A stretch of DNA of 64,000 nt from Octopus sinensis (GCF_006345805.1 NC_043006.1:68510001-68574000); one strand, 5' to 3'; counted from the first letter of the stretch, positions 1-12,600 are shown. The notes: a model not told the origin generated them from the sequence alone. Translations and numbers: made by a program.

Positions 1-296
1 CTAGAGTAATTCACACATGATATGACGTAATGGCCAGCCATTGTAGGAGAAACAGTCCATTCTAGATCAATATTAGGTAGGATTGGAAATTTGAGTTTTA
101 AGGTAAGTTCATGTATTGAGAAAATGTGGGTACTATCATAGCAAGCAAGGTCCTTGTCCACCAGTTTTATGACAGATCCCTTCCAAGATTCACTTGCAAC
201 CAGCATCTATCACAAAACTATTATAATATATCTACTAACTCCACTATCAAACTAATCTTATGTAATATCACATGACTAGAAGCCTAGTTAAGAAAA

Positions 297-496
297 TGTT
301 GAATCCTTAAAATGTTGGATTGTTATAATGCCCACTTCGGTATACAGTATACTTAGTAAAACCAGTCAAGACACGACTTTCTCTGACTGCCTACTACGTA
401 CTCTGGTACTTCACGTATTTCTCTTTGCTTATACTGATTAGGTTATTCCATTGGTCATGTGGGAGGGTGTACCTTTACTACTAATTCTTTACAACA
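297..496 (-). repeat. 3' LTR
   Basis: TGTTGAAT...TTACAACA; roughly 85% identical (hand alignment) to 3459-3660. Confidence 0.95.
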
Positions 497-508
497 GCTC
501 CCCTTTTA
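497..508 (-). promoter_or_regulatory. polypurine tract
   Basis: Minus strand AAAAGGGGAGC immediately before the TGTTGT start of the 3' LTR. Confidence 0.8.
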
Positions 509-911
509 AGTTTTTCTTAGGAAATGTGATTTTATTTCACAATTCTTTTTTTTTTATTCACCCCCACCTCCCTTTTTTCAGGTGTTTTTTTTCGTACAAT
601 TTAATATTTTTTGAGCTTGGCATTTATTTTCCAGAACTCTATGTTTTCTTTTCCTCTCAGTTGTATGACTGGGTTCAATCACCAGCAGTGGTGCTGATAC
701 TTGGAATATATTGTACAATCATTCCATCGCTTCCTCTAACTTCTTTGGTTCACTTTCCATGAATCTCTTTTTCAGTTGGTTCCCGTGTCTCTTTTGTATG
801 CCTTTTCTTTTTACCCAATACATTATTTTGTCTATACACTTGGTAATTATGCCATCATCCCAACTCTGATTTCCATTCTTGTATGCCCTGATATACACCT
901 TTTTACCAACT

Positions 912-1560
912 TTAAAGAATCTTGCTGGTACTTCTTTTCTTGCCAGGCAGCAATTTATTGAAGACTGATTTTACTTCCCTTGTAAACATCAGCTCTGCTG
1001 GTGCATTTGGATTTGGTGTCACACAGTACACTCTCAAGAATTGTTGGGAAGCTACCTCATCTATGACTTCCTTCTTTGACTTTCTTAGGGCTCTCTTGAA
1101 GGTATCAACAAACTGTTCTGCCAGCTCATTAGATCTGGGATGGTATGGAGCAGTAGTTATATGTTCCACAAAATTTTTAAAATTCATTAGACACAAATTG
1201 TGTTCCATTGTCAGACATTATTTTGTCTGGGATGCCAAATCTTGCAAACAATTCATGTAAAACATTTATCACAGTTGAGGAAGTTGGTTTTTTATTTATA
1301 AACTTCTGGCTATTTTGAGAAACTATGAACTACCACTAAGTGGTAAGAACCATTTAAAAGACCAGAGAAATTGATGTGTAGTCTCGACCATAGAACATCT
1401 ACTTTTGAGCAATGTTTACTTATCGTGGGCAATTTTTCATTTTGTTTTGGCTTACATATAGGTATTCCACTCTGTTTTACTGCAGTTTTTTGTTTCAGTC
1501 CTTCAGCCACATTTGAACCTTCAACTGAATTGACTATATTTCCACACAGAGCACTTATGG
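912..1560 (-). pseudogene. integrase remnant
   Basis: LWSRLHINFSGLLNGSYHLVVVHSFSK (consensus PWSRLHIDFAGP...VVVDSFSKW) and HITTAPYHPRSNELAEQFVDTFKRALRK. Confidence 0.92.
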
Positions 1561-1689
1561 GAGTATTCCATACTTTGAATATTTTAATCCACTCTTTGCC
1601 AAATAAATTGAGTGAACTTTTTAACACATATATCTTTGCTTCTTTTGTTTGACCTCGAAAGTTTACATTACATATGAATTCACTGAAAA

Positions 1690-1860
1690 ACTATAATCTT
1701 TTTCCCTGTAATACCACGTGCTACCTTTTTCAATTGAATTAATTTCAGCTTACTGACATATTTCCAAGTTTTTTCGTTTATAATGATGATATCACTACCA
1801 GTGTCTCATTTCATTTTAACACTTGTATTTCTGATTTTCACCTTCATGAATTTCCTATCA
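1690..1860 (-). pseudogene. retroviral-type aspartic protease remnant
   Basis: RKFMKVKIRNTSVKMK*DTGSDIIIINEKTW; the D-T-G-S motif is at 1794-1805, preceded by a stop at the usual Leu position. Confidence 0.85.
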
Positions 1861-1899
1861 TTATCTTACCAATTCCTTCCAAAGACATACTATTTATTC

Positions 1900-3317
1900 T
1901 TTTTCCTTTGCTCTGACATCTTCAGATGTCCTATATTTCCACAACAAAAACACTTTGCTTTTTTAAATGGACAATTTTTCCTCAGGTGTATATCTCCACA
2001 TGCAAAGCATGGGTTTATTTCCTGATTTTTGTCATGTTTTTTAAAAACACTTTATCTCTATTCTGACTATTTTGCACTTGTTTTACTTGGAAACAATCCT
2101 TCTGTTCGATTTCCTCTGTCTTATTTTAATTTGACTATCCTTTCGCATTCTTTTGACACTTGCCGTAGGGCTACATCCTCGTTTTGTTCCAGCTTAGCAA
2201 GAATTCTAGTTCTAACTTCTGTGTCTTTTTCTGCAGTTAGTCCCTGTGTAAAAATCAGACATTTGAACATATCTGGCATTAATTCGTCCATCTTAAACTT
2301 TTTGCATTACCTGTTTACTCTACCAGCATATGTGATGTAGTCCTTGTCATTGTTTTTCTTTATGTTCAAACACTTCCAACATGTGTTGAACAATGAAATT
2401 TTCTTGGGAGTACATAATTACTGTTTCGTTCATGTTCTTTTGCTGCCAGTTTTCTCAAGATTAAGCGCATTTTCATCTCATTGTCCCAATCTTTATGTAC
2501 CTTATCGAAGAATTGCTCACATCTTTCTTCTGTAGTAGGCTTCAAAGGTAACTCCTTCTCCAGGTTCATATTTGAACTGTTATGGAGTTTGCATGTAGAC
2601 TGTTAAGAACACTTTTCCTGACTTCAGTAATTACAGCATTTGTTGCTGTAATATTATTTATTGTTGTTGCTCTTACACTTGTATCTGCTGTCGTCTTCTT
2701 CTTCTCCTCCTTCTTCTTCGTCGTCTTCTTCTTCCAATTCGGACTCATGCCATTAGCCACAAAGAATAATCTCTAATTCGAGCCTACTCTAAGCTACTAA
2801 GAATGCGTGTGGCAACTTGAAGATTCACCCACCACACGCGATAGACTGGCGGTTGCACGGGCACGAAAGCTATGTTGTTATCCTCATTCCGTTAACGGCG
2901 GCTTTTTACGGGTGAAGAGCTGAACTACCCCGGAGTACAGAGGATTCACAACCTAGACTAGGGTCTGAAAGTTTACCACACCATAGTGGGTTACACCGTG
3001 GTTCCTCTCCTTTGTGGCAGAAGTAGGAAGAAAGAGTGAGAGAAAGTTGTGGTGAAAGAGTACAGTGGGGTTCACCCCTCCCCCACTGGAGCCTCGTGGA
3101 GCTTAGGTGTTTTTGCTCAATAATCACTCACAATGCCTGGTCTGGGAATCGAAACCACGCTCTTACGACCGCAAGTCCACTGCCCTAACCACTGGTCCAT
3201 TGCGCCTCCACCCTGCTGTTGTTGTTGTTGATGCTTCAGCTGTTGTTCTTGAAGTTGCAGCTGCTGCTGTTCTTTCAGTTGCTGTTGTTTTCGCAACTTG
3301 AGTAAACTGGCCAACAA
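1900..3317 (-). pseudogene. gag: gag remnant (poly-Q N-terminus, capsid-like region, two zinc knuckles), split by a SINE
   Basis: Minus-strand translation gives FKYEPGEGVTFEAYYRR, KDWDNEMKMRLILRKL, MFKCLIFTQGL...EVRTRILAKLEQ and CFACGDIHLRKNC...KCFCCGNIGH, with stops and frameshifts. Confidence 0.9.
2692..3212 (-). mobile_element. tRNA-derived SINE with (GAA)n tail inserted in gag
   Basis: Head GGAGGCGCAATGGACCAGTGGTTAGGGCAG...GGTTTCGATTCCC has A/B boxes; tail GAAGAAGAAGAC; 7-bp TSD CTGCTGT at 2685-2691 and 3213-3219. Confidence 0.88.
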
Positions 3318-3444
3318 ATTTTCGATAATTTAATGTTTGTTTTTTTTATAAAATTCACACAACAAAAACTTCTGTGAGTTTGTTAACTCCTTGTGAGTTG
3401 TTAGAATCCTCGTCAGGTTTATTAATTCTTCATGAGTTATTTAA

Positions 3445-3458
3445 ATCCTCATTGCCAC
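3445..3458 (-). promoter_or_regulatory. primer-binding site
   Basis: Minus strand reads gTGGCAATGAGGAT directly after the LTR end, resembling the TGGCGACGAGG PBS of this Gypsy group. Confidence 0.75.
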
Positions 3459-3660
3459 TGTTATAATACTTAAAATGCTGGATAGTTATAACGCCCACTT
3501 CGGTATACAGTATACTTAGTAAAACCACTAAAGACATGACTATCTCTGACCACCTACTACGTACTCTGGTACTTCCCATACTTCTCTTTACTTATAGCGA
3601 CTAGGTTATTCCATTCATCACATGGGAGGGGTGTACCATTATTACTAATTCCCTTCAACA
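3459..3660 (-). repeat. 5' LTR
   Basis: TGTTATAAT...TTCAACA; followed on the minus strand by the PBS. Confidence 0.95.
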
Positions 3661-4247
3661 GAAAACAAAGGCATTGTTTAGCCCCAGCTTAACCATGATC
3701 AAGCAGAGCTATTATAAATATCGTTCTACTCATGATCATCAGATCATATATTCAAACATACTACTCTGAGCAACATCATCCAACATGATCTATTTATAAA
3801 GATGGGAGAATGCAAACTGAGGGAGATTTGGCTGCTATTTCTAGTGTATAGTTTCTCTTTCTCACCCTCACTCACCTTGGTTTCAAAGCAGGCACTGTTG
3901 TGAGTGAGGGAGTTCAGAGGTGAACAATGACTGTCAGTTCTGTGATGTCATCAATAACTGTGACCGTGACAGCAGTGACTAAATCGTGTTTTAGCTACAC
4001 CCTGCTCACTTCCAAGAAACTTCAACAAAGGATATGCGTGTGTGTATGCAGGTATATTTGTATATGTATGCCTGAGCGTGTGAGTATGTGTGTGTGTGTG
4101 TGTATATATATATAATATATATATATATATGTATGTATATATATACACGCACACACCAGACATAGACAGTATGCACAGGCATATGGTTATTTACTTATTT
4201 TTGTGGGAATGGAAATACATTATCCATAACATTGCAGAATTGTGAAT

Positions 4248-4293
<46 letters not shown>

Positions 4294-4554
4294 ATTATTT
4301 GTCATTTTTGTTAAAGTCATTATTGAAGAGAACTGGTGGCAGACAAGCATGGAAAATTAAACAACAGCAGCAGCAGCAAGTTAGTGATGACATCATATGT
4401 CACATGACAAGATAAACTACTGCTGATGAAACTTGTAATTGCCACCTTTCTCACACACACACACACACATATTACATATATATATGCACACACACATATG
4501 TGTGTATGTGTGTGGTCACATACTCACACATACACACATATACACGTATATATA

Positions 4555-4740
4555 GGGAGAATTCACGAAAAAACAAAAAACAAAAGACAGGTGGTGTAGA
4601 CAATAAACAGAAGTATTTTTATAACGCTCAGGAAGTGAAAAAAGTCTTTAACATTTCGAGCCTACACTCTTCCACAGAAAGGAACACAGAAAGAAACAAG
4701 GAGTGAAAATAATGCGTAGTGGCTAGCGATATATACTTAT
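4555..4740 (-). mobile_element. short non-autonomous element with a Penelope-type hammerhead-like motif
   Basis: Shares GTATT..GCTCAGGAAG..TTTCGAG..CTCTTC..CAGAAA architecture with 15661-15866 and follows a TA/CA repeat. Confidence 0.6.
4646..4681 (-). ncRNA. variant minimal type I hammerhead-like motif
   Basis: CUUU-CUGUGGA-A-GAGU(guag)GCUC-GAAAU-GUU-AAAG; the core deviates from CUGANGA. Confidence 0.4.
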
Positions 4741-4759
4741 ATAAGCCAGGAAGAAGTAT

Positions 4760-6000
4760 GACCAATACCATCTTTGTAGTGATACAGCTGCAGGAGAAAA
4801 TATCAAGCCAGGAATAAGACTTTATACTTGGCATTTGCTGACTGAGAGAAGGCTTTTGACAGGGATCCCTATTCTTTAATCTGGTGGTCATCAAGGAAGC
4901 TTGAAATAGACAAATGGATTCTGAGTGCTGTAAAAGCCTTGTCAGAATGTCAATCAACAAGGTAAGAGAGTTAGTAATGAGTACAGTGATGAATCCAGCA
5001 TTGAGATCAGGGGTGCACCAGGGTTCAGTCCTCAGTCCCCTTCTATATATATTATAGTCCTCCAAGCCATAACAGAGACGTTTAAGAAAAGCTACTCATA
5101 GGAATTCCTTTTTGCTGACCTATTTCTTATAAGTGAATCTCTTGTAGAATTAGGAAAGTGGTTCTTGACAAGAAGGAATTCCTCTCCCCAAGAATCAAGA
5201 GTTTTTAGTGAACTTAGTTAAGGAAAATGTATTATTAAGTTGGGAAGAAGACAGGATCTTGCCATCATCAGAGAAATGGCCATGCTTGGTATGTAGTAAA
5301 AGAATAGGTAAGAATTCCATGAACATGCAAGAGATGGAATGGAATTACAGGTAGATTCATAGAGCAGGTAGACTTTACATGTAGTATATGTGCACATGCG
5401 AAAGAGCTTTTCTCTAATGCCCAGTTGTTAATAGCTTTTGTCTAATGCCCAGTTGTTAATAGCTTTTGTTACCAAGAAGATCTAATTAACAGTGAGGATG
5501 GATGTTCTGAGAGCACAGAACTGGTTAGAAAAAGTTCAGGAGGTTATCTTTGCTAACAACAAATGGCTTTTTCTTCAGAGTGAAGGAAAGATTATAACAT
5601 ATCTGTGTATGATAGTGAGATAGAAGACCGGTAAAGACTAGAAGAAATGAGGTGAGTAAGCTCCATTGGACGTGTAATGTTAATGTGTATGAATGAGAGT
5701 ACATATGAGCTGGGGGAAGAAAAAAATCCATTGACCAAAACTGACCACAAGAGGATTCAGATGTAGAAGATGATATTGTTGTTGGTATAGAGTGTGTATG
5801 GAGGAGGAGGACAGCTGTGTAAACAAGTGTCATTTGCAAAAAGTGAGTGGAATTTTAGAAGAGAGAGAAACAGAGGAAGACTTGGGAGGAGGTAATGAAG
5901 ACAGATCTGAAGTTGCATCGCATACAAAAGTCAGAAGACTTGTGTTGATTGGTGATAAACTGTGTTGCAGAAGAATTTCCAGACATGGCGGAACTGATGT
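4760..6000 (+). mobile_element. RTE-clade LINE remnant (RT and C-terminus)
   Basis: Degenerate LIWWS.RKL, GVHQGSVLSPLL, EFLFAD, EDSCV.KC and KTWEEVMKTDLK-like motifs with many frameshifts. Confidence 0.85.
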
Positions 6001-6782
6001 TCAATTTGTGTAAATATGGTGTGTGCGTATGTGTGCATATTTTATTTGCTTCAGTCATTTGATAGCAGCCTTGCTGGAGCACCACTTTGTGTGTGTGTGT
6101 GTATGTATATATATATATATATATATATAAAATACATATCATACATCCAACATTAGGCATATGTCTGTACATGTATGTATGCATGTGTGTGTGTGTGTAA
6201 AGAGAGGGAGGGGAGGAAAAGAGAGATATAGAAAGATAGATATGCATACTGTCAAGTCTGCATCATTGTCCTCTTTGATAGCATCTCATCTCCCAAACAC
6301 TCCTAATCACCTACTCCTCTGTCAAACATCTCCCTTACCACAAATCCCTTTATCTCTCATATCACCGTTCTCCATCCCCTATCTCTCACCAATGATTCTA
6401 CTGCCTCTACTTCTAATGCTCATCCTTTGATCACTCTCATCCCTTTTCACTCTCACTGCACCATCATGTGGATGTCACTAAGAATGGCAACGAATCTCTT
6501 CTGTTCCCCATATTTATATTACCGCCTACCTGGGTACACTATTGGACAGATCCAATCCTTTCTCCAACACTTTACCCCGCCCTCTTTCATACTTACGATC
6601 CTATCCCTCTCTCTCTCTCATCTACCTTGTAGTATTTTCATAAGGGACCTCATCAGATATGTCATGTACTCCATACTCTCTAACTATACCCCTCACATGG
6701 CCATTTGGTATTAATATCCACCATTCACTCTCTCACTCCAATTACCTCTAGTGAAGGTACTACAGTAAAATGTGCCTATTTA

Positions 6783-6830
6783 CAGTTTACAGAGTGTATT
6801 TTACTACAGTAAAATACACTCTGTAAACTG
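6783..6830. repeat. perfect 23-bp inverted repeat with 2-nt loop at the 5' junction of a truncated RTE-related repeat
   Basis: CAGTTTACAGAGTGTATTTTACT-ac-AGTAAAATACACTCTGTAAACTG. Confidence 0.95.
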
Positions 6831-7229
6831 GTTGGTGTTAGGAAGGGTACCAAGTTATAGAAACGATGCCAAAGAAATGAAACTTACGGGATGTGGTTTT
6901 CCTACCATGTGGGAGAGCAGCAAAGACCCATTTAACACATGTGAGCATTGAAAGTATATATAAAAACAATGATGATGATATATAAATCAATAAGATAACT
7001 CTTGCATTGCAGGTCATTCAGTTCATCAACTGGGGATCATTAGGTTTTGGCACCTTTTCTCAAGCAACCCTAAACAGCATTAATACTACTGGGGAATCTC
7101 TGACTTCCTTCAGGCCATTATCATAGCAGATTGTTTTTACCTTCCTGTTATATTTCTGGTTTCCAACTTACTGGGGATTTGGTCCTTACTCGTAGTTTTA
7201 GTCTTTCTTTCAGATATTTCTGATGTATC

Positions 7230-7440
7230 CATAGTGAAGTATTTTGTAATTCCCTCTACAGTTGATAAATCACTGATTTACTACTTTTCTTAGTCCAAAG
7301 CCAGCAATGTAAGACTTTGTAATTCTAATTGCAAACCTTTGACATCCCATCTCTACTGAAAGCACTGCAAACTGCCATCCTTGTACATCAAATGATACCC
7401 TCAGTCCTTCATATTTTAAACTCTTTTCATATGCCTGCTT
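7230..7440 (-). mobile_element. C-terminal REL-endonuclease region of a HERO/R2-like LINE
   Basis: QAYEKSLKYEGLRVSFDVQGWQFAVLSVEMGCQRF resembles EAHERK..KY.EL...C...GW......EVGCRGF. Confidence 0.6.
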
Positions 7441-7964
7441 CACACACACACACACACACACACGTGTATGTGTGTGTATGTAAGTGAGTGATGCAGAGCA
7501 TATGTTAAGCATCATATATATTCTACCCACAACTTGCATGATGGGATACTCCATTCATCAGCTGCCAACTGGAGATGATAACTACTTCATCACCTTCTGA
7601 TAACATTGCTCCTGTTAGTGGTACCAAACAACACTGAAGCTACCACTGTATGTATCAGTCATTTTGGCCCACACCGTGGAATGCTTTCTCCTCCATCATC
7701 CACAGAACCACCACACTAAACTAAGAGCAGCTGTATCCATTCCAACCATGCAGTAATTTTTTTTTTATTTTACTACTCACTGATATTTTATATTTTCATT
7801 CTTGGTTTTGCTCATCTCTTTCCCTTGCTACTCACATACATTGCTTCACAACTCTTCTGCCCTGTTGCTTGTTCTTTCTCTTCAACCTGGCATCGCCCTC
7901 TCAGCACATTCTCTTCTCAGTTTATGCTACTATTCCAGGATAGCCATCTCAACAGTACATATTT

Positions 7965-8285
7965 GGCCTGGTTCACTGTCAGTTATGATGATAGATGTTC
8001 CAGTTGATATGATCAATGGAACAACCTTCTCATGAAATTAATGTGAAAGTGGCTGAGCGCTCCAGAGAATGCATACTCTCAAAGTAGTTCTCAGGGAGAT
8101 TCAACATGACACACCAAGGGTGACAAGGCTGGCCTATTGAGCTATAGGTACAGCCCATTTCTACAGCTGAGTGGACCAGAGCAACATGAAAAATAAAATG
8201 TCTTGCTCAAGGACAATTGCCAGAAATTGAACTCATGATCATAAGATCATGAGCTGAATACCCTAACCACTTAGCCACATGCCTT
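7965..8285 (-). mobile_element. tRNA-derived SINE with TCCTTGAGCAAGACACTT core
   Basis: Homologous to 19230-19557 and 54915-55220. Confidence 0.85.
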
Positions 8286-8914
8286 CAAGAACTGTAGATT
8301 GTCAAACAGCAGAAGAAAGGGTCATTGTAGAGGTCACATTCCAGTGGGAAGTAAAGGGGTCCTAGTTGAAAGTAGGGATAACTGAAAGAGGTATCACATC
8401 AATGGATGTTTCCTCCTCTTCCTTCATGGGAGCTAGTGGTTACAACAGTATGTGATATTGTGTAGGAAAGAGAATGGGGAGGAGGGAGGGCCATATGTAG
8501 CTTAACCGCCTCCTCTCCTCTCACCCCTTCCTGGATGTGATGACTGACTATGTAAATAGTGTAACTTTCAATGTTAGTAATGTCTTCAGTAATCCTCTTA
8601 TATTGGTGTCTCCACATATAGGGGCTGTGTATATGTATACATGCATTGTAGTATGCATGTGTGTATACATCCATTGTAATGTGTATGTGTGCGTACGTAC
8701 TAGAGGTATGTCTGTCTGTATTCTGTGTTGTTTAGCCTCAGATCAGTCCTGAGAAAGTAAATTTATGATCTGTTCCCCAGCCATGACCAACCCATGTTTT
8801 TCTTATATGCAGAGGGAGCCTAGGACCACAGTCTCCAACGTGTCCTTCTTTAATAGAGGAGGGTGTGATTTGGGAAAGATTTTGCTGTTATTTCTGGCAT
8901 CTGGAACAACTATA

Positions 8915-9131
8915 CTCTTTTACTTGTTTCAGTCATTTGACTGCAGCCATGCTGGAGCACCGCCTTTAGTCGAGCAAATCGACCCCGGGACTTATTCTTT
9001 GTAAGCCCAGTACTTATTCTATCGGTCTCTTTTGCCGAACCGCTAAGTGACGGGGACGTAAACACAACAGCATTGGTTGTCAAGCAATGCTAGAGCGACA
9101 CACAAACACATACACACACACACACACACAC

Positions 9132-9173
<42 letters not shown>

Positions 9174-9295
9174 CGACAGGCTTCTTTCAGTTTCCGTCTA
9201 CCAAATCCACTCACAAGGCATTGGTCGGCCCGAGGCTATAGCAGAAGACACTTGCCCAAGATGCCACGCAGTGGGACTGAACCTGGAACCATGTC
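8915..9295 (-). mobile_element. SINE family A (tRNA-like head, internal microsatellite, 3' module), 5'-truncated
   Basis: Homologous to the full copy at 35293-35698; many CpGs retained, so a young copy. Confidence 0.9.
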
Positions 9296-9894
9296 AAGAT
9301 TCCTTCAATAGCTTGCGTGTATGTATGTGTGTGTGTGTGCTGCGCTGTGTGTGTATATGTATGTATTGTGTATATGAGCAAATTTATGTTTATGCATATG
9401 CATATGTGTGTGTATATGCAGTGTGCAAGTAAAGCTAAATAGTTAAAGAGTTCTATTTGCAATGATGTAGTTCCAGGTTCAGTCCCACAGAGAAGTGGAC
9501 TAAGTTCTCTCATAATCCCATATCAACCCAAACATTGTACATGTAATCAGCTAGGTGGAAACTGTGTGGAAGCCTTTTCAATGGAGATTCACTGTTGTCA
9601 TGCTGAGTTTGGCAGATATTTACAACACAGATACATATGTTTGTGGAGTACTCAGCCACTTAAACTACAATATAACATAGGCAACACATGTAATTTAATG
9701 AAGCCAACCTTGTCCCACCAAGTGTGATAGTGATGGTTAAATTAACTGTAATCTCAGCTGCTGTCACTTGGGATTGAACCTGCTGTGTTTTTTTCTGTTT
9801 TACGAATGTTTTGTTAAGTAGACAGCATCAAAAAGATCAACAAGAAATTAAATTATTTGGTGTTATCTTACTGGAAGTGTAGACAGAGAGAGGG

Positions 9895-10070
9895 CGGTAG
9901 TGGTGATGGTGGTAGTGATGGTGGTGGTAGTGATGGTAATGATGGTGGTGGTGATAATGGTGGTGATAGTGATGATTGTGGTGATGATAAGCATAGTGGT
10001 AATGATGATGATGATGGAGGTGGTGATGATGAAAGTAGTAGGGATGATGGTGGCAGTGGTGTTGATGTCA
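9895..10070. repeat. (GGT/GAT)n low-complexity repeat
   Basis: Directly visible; source of overlapping spurious ORFs. Confidence 0.9.
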
Positions 10071-10620
10071 GTGCTACAAGCACCATCACCTCCAACATTA
10101 CCGTCACTATGGTAGAAACATCACCACCACTACTAACGTTACCCTCACCTACACTACCACTGATGCTGTAACATCATCATTCACACTGACACCTCTACTA
10201 TACCCAATACTATCATTACTGCTGCCTACACCAGCCTGTAATAATCCAGTACCACTACAATCACCACCACACCACCACCGCCACCACTACCGGCATCAGA
10301 GGAATTCTGATCAGTAGGGGTTTAGAAAAATATACACAGACAGACAGAGAGACAGGGAGACTGAGACAGAGGAAGAGGGATAGGCTGGGAAATGTATTTA
10401 GAGATATAGACACAGAGACAAGCATAAAGAGATGGGTTAGATTAACATACATATATGCAAGCACACACGTACACACTTGTTTTATGTATATATGAGAGAG
10501 AGAGAGAGAGGGAGGGAGGGAGTAGGTAGATCTACCCTATCCATCTACCCCTAAGGTCAATAGCAGTAATGATTAGGGTAAAGTATGTCTGTAATGTTGA
10601 TATTGAAACAGCGCGTGCAT

Positions 10621-10662
<42 letters not shown>

Positions 10663-12224
10663 GAAGAGAGTGAGGGAAGGCAGCAACACACACACACACA
10701 CATACACGGAGACAAATGGACAATGATAGAGCCATACACACATATATATACACCAATATCATCATCATCATTTAACGGGCTGTCCGTTTTTCTATGCTGA
10801 CATGGGTTGGATGGTTTGACAGGATTCAGCAAGCCACAGGGCCAACCACTTTACAATGTGCCTATGTATATGTGTGTGTGTATGTATATGTTTTAATCAA
10901 TAAGTGACTGTGTTGGAGAGTCATGTTTTTAATTGTAGGGTTTTTTTTGGTATTTTCGTATTAGTTTTTTTACAACTTGTCTAGAACAATAAAATTCTTA
11001 AATACATATTCAATGTTTCTTGAACTTCACAGTCTCATTTTCAAGAATTGAATGTATTTGGCATTTCTGATGTATCTTATATACTGGTCAAATTCTTGTC
11101 AACCTTTTCTGTCAAAGGTTCTATGACCACTAGCCTTCTACATCAACAGTCTGATGTAGATTTTTTTTTTTGTTTTGTCAAATTTTTGACTATTAGATTT
11201 ACATGCCAGTTACCACATGCTAATTTTTTTTAGATGTGTGTATAGCTTGCATATTTATATACATACACTTGTGTCCAGTTAATTACTGGACATGGTTTAC
11301 TTGAGTAAAACCATTCAAGGCCCCAGTATGGTTCTAGCCTAATCACTGAATCAAGTAAGTGATAAGAGATACAGAAAGTGGTGAGATGAAAGTAATTTTT
11401 AATCAAATGAAATATCATAACTTTAATGAAAAGAAACATGATTAAGTGTTAATGAAAATTTATATCAAAAGATCAAGAGAGAGAACTCTCTAAATTTCTG
11501 CAATCTCAGTAAAACAGCTGGTAGACACTTGTAGTTGTCAAATGTTGTTTTGGTTTCTAGCATCACAACTATTACTATAGCAACAGTCACCACCTCCACC
11601 ACAAAGCTAAATGATAGTGAAGGTAGTGGTGATCAAGATGGAGGATCATAGCTGTCATCTTAACCATGATCAATCACACCCCAACCATAACCAAACAACC
11701 ATTACCACAACATAAAGCCACCACCACCACCACCAATAGCTGCATCCAAACTTTAGTGCTAAATGTTCAGTGTAAACAATGTTATGTTTATCCTGCTGTA
11801 GGGGTGGGATAAGGTGAGTGGGGCAGCTAGGGAGAGCATAGACAAACTGTAGTAGTAGTAGTAGTAAAGGGAAGAGTAAAGTTAGCTAGAGTAGAGGGTG
11901 AAGAGAGAGACAGTAGCATTTGAGGAGGGAAGGAGAGAGTTAACTAAAGTGAGGAGAGATTAGAGACAGACAAAAGTAGAGGTGGAGAAAAGGGCCTGAG
12001 GTATTTAGAGATCCATGAATGACTTGTAGAGAGAAAGAGAGAGAGGTGGGAGAAGAGAAGAGGGAGACAGGGGCACATAACAGACAGGTTTACTTTAGAG
12101 GAAAGTGGTGAGGGCCTGTAACAGCAAAAATTAATGGAAAAGAGAGTTTATGGAATGTGGAATAATTTGAATTGTGAGGAATAGAAACTCTTCTGCTTTA
12201 TGGATTTTGTCCTTTAGGTCTTAT

Positions 12225-12600
12225 ATTTTAGAACAATAGAAAGGCTTATGTTTTAAGGACCTTGTTACTACAAATGTAAAAGGCCTTATGCTTTTCAGGG
12301 ATTTTGCCCTTTCAATAATAGGTCTTATATTTTAGAAATGTTGTTCCTACAATAGTAGAAAGGCTTCTGTTTTCAGGATCATGTCCCTTCAATAAAAGAA
12401 GGGCTTATATTTTTGGGATCTTGTCTCTTCAATAATAGAAAGGCTTATGTTTTAGGGATCTTGTCCTTTCAATAATAGGTCTTATATTTTAAAGATGTTG
12501 TTCCTAGAAAGGCTTCTGTTTTCAGGATCATGTCTCTTCAATAATAGAAAGGTATTTTCAGGAGCTTGTTTCAACAAGAAGTTTTATGTTTAAGAGATTT
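12225..12600. repeat. degenerate ~40-bp minisatellite
   Basis: Recurrent AATAGAAAGGCTTATGTTTTAGGGATCTTGTCCTTTC units. Confidence 0.85.

Larger units (their letters stand above)
297..3660 (-). mobile_element. Ty3/Gypsy LTR retrotransposon (K02A2.6/Mag-like), degenerate, internally deleted (no RT/RNase H)
   Basis: Two ~200-bp direct repeats with TG...CA ends (297-496, 3459-3660). Identical 5-bp TSD GAAAA at 292-296 and 3661-3665. PBS-like TGGCAATGAGGAT next to the 5' LTR and PPT AAAAGGGGAG next to the 3' LTR on the minus strand. Gag, protease and integrase remnants lie between the LTRs. Confidence 0.95.

Noticed and set aside
3876-3894. 19-nt minus-strand microexon ending AAG|GTGAGT
   Set aside because: The donor is strong, but the acceptor is mediocre and the length is not a multiple of 3; insufficient support
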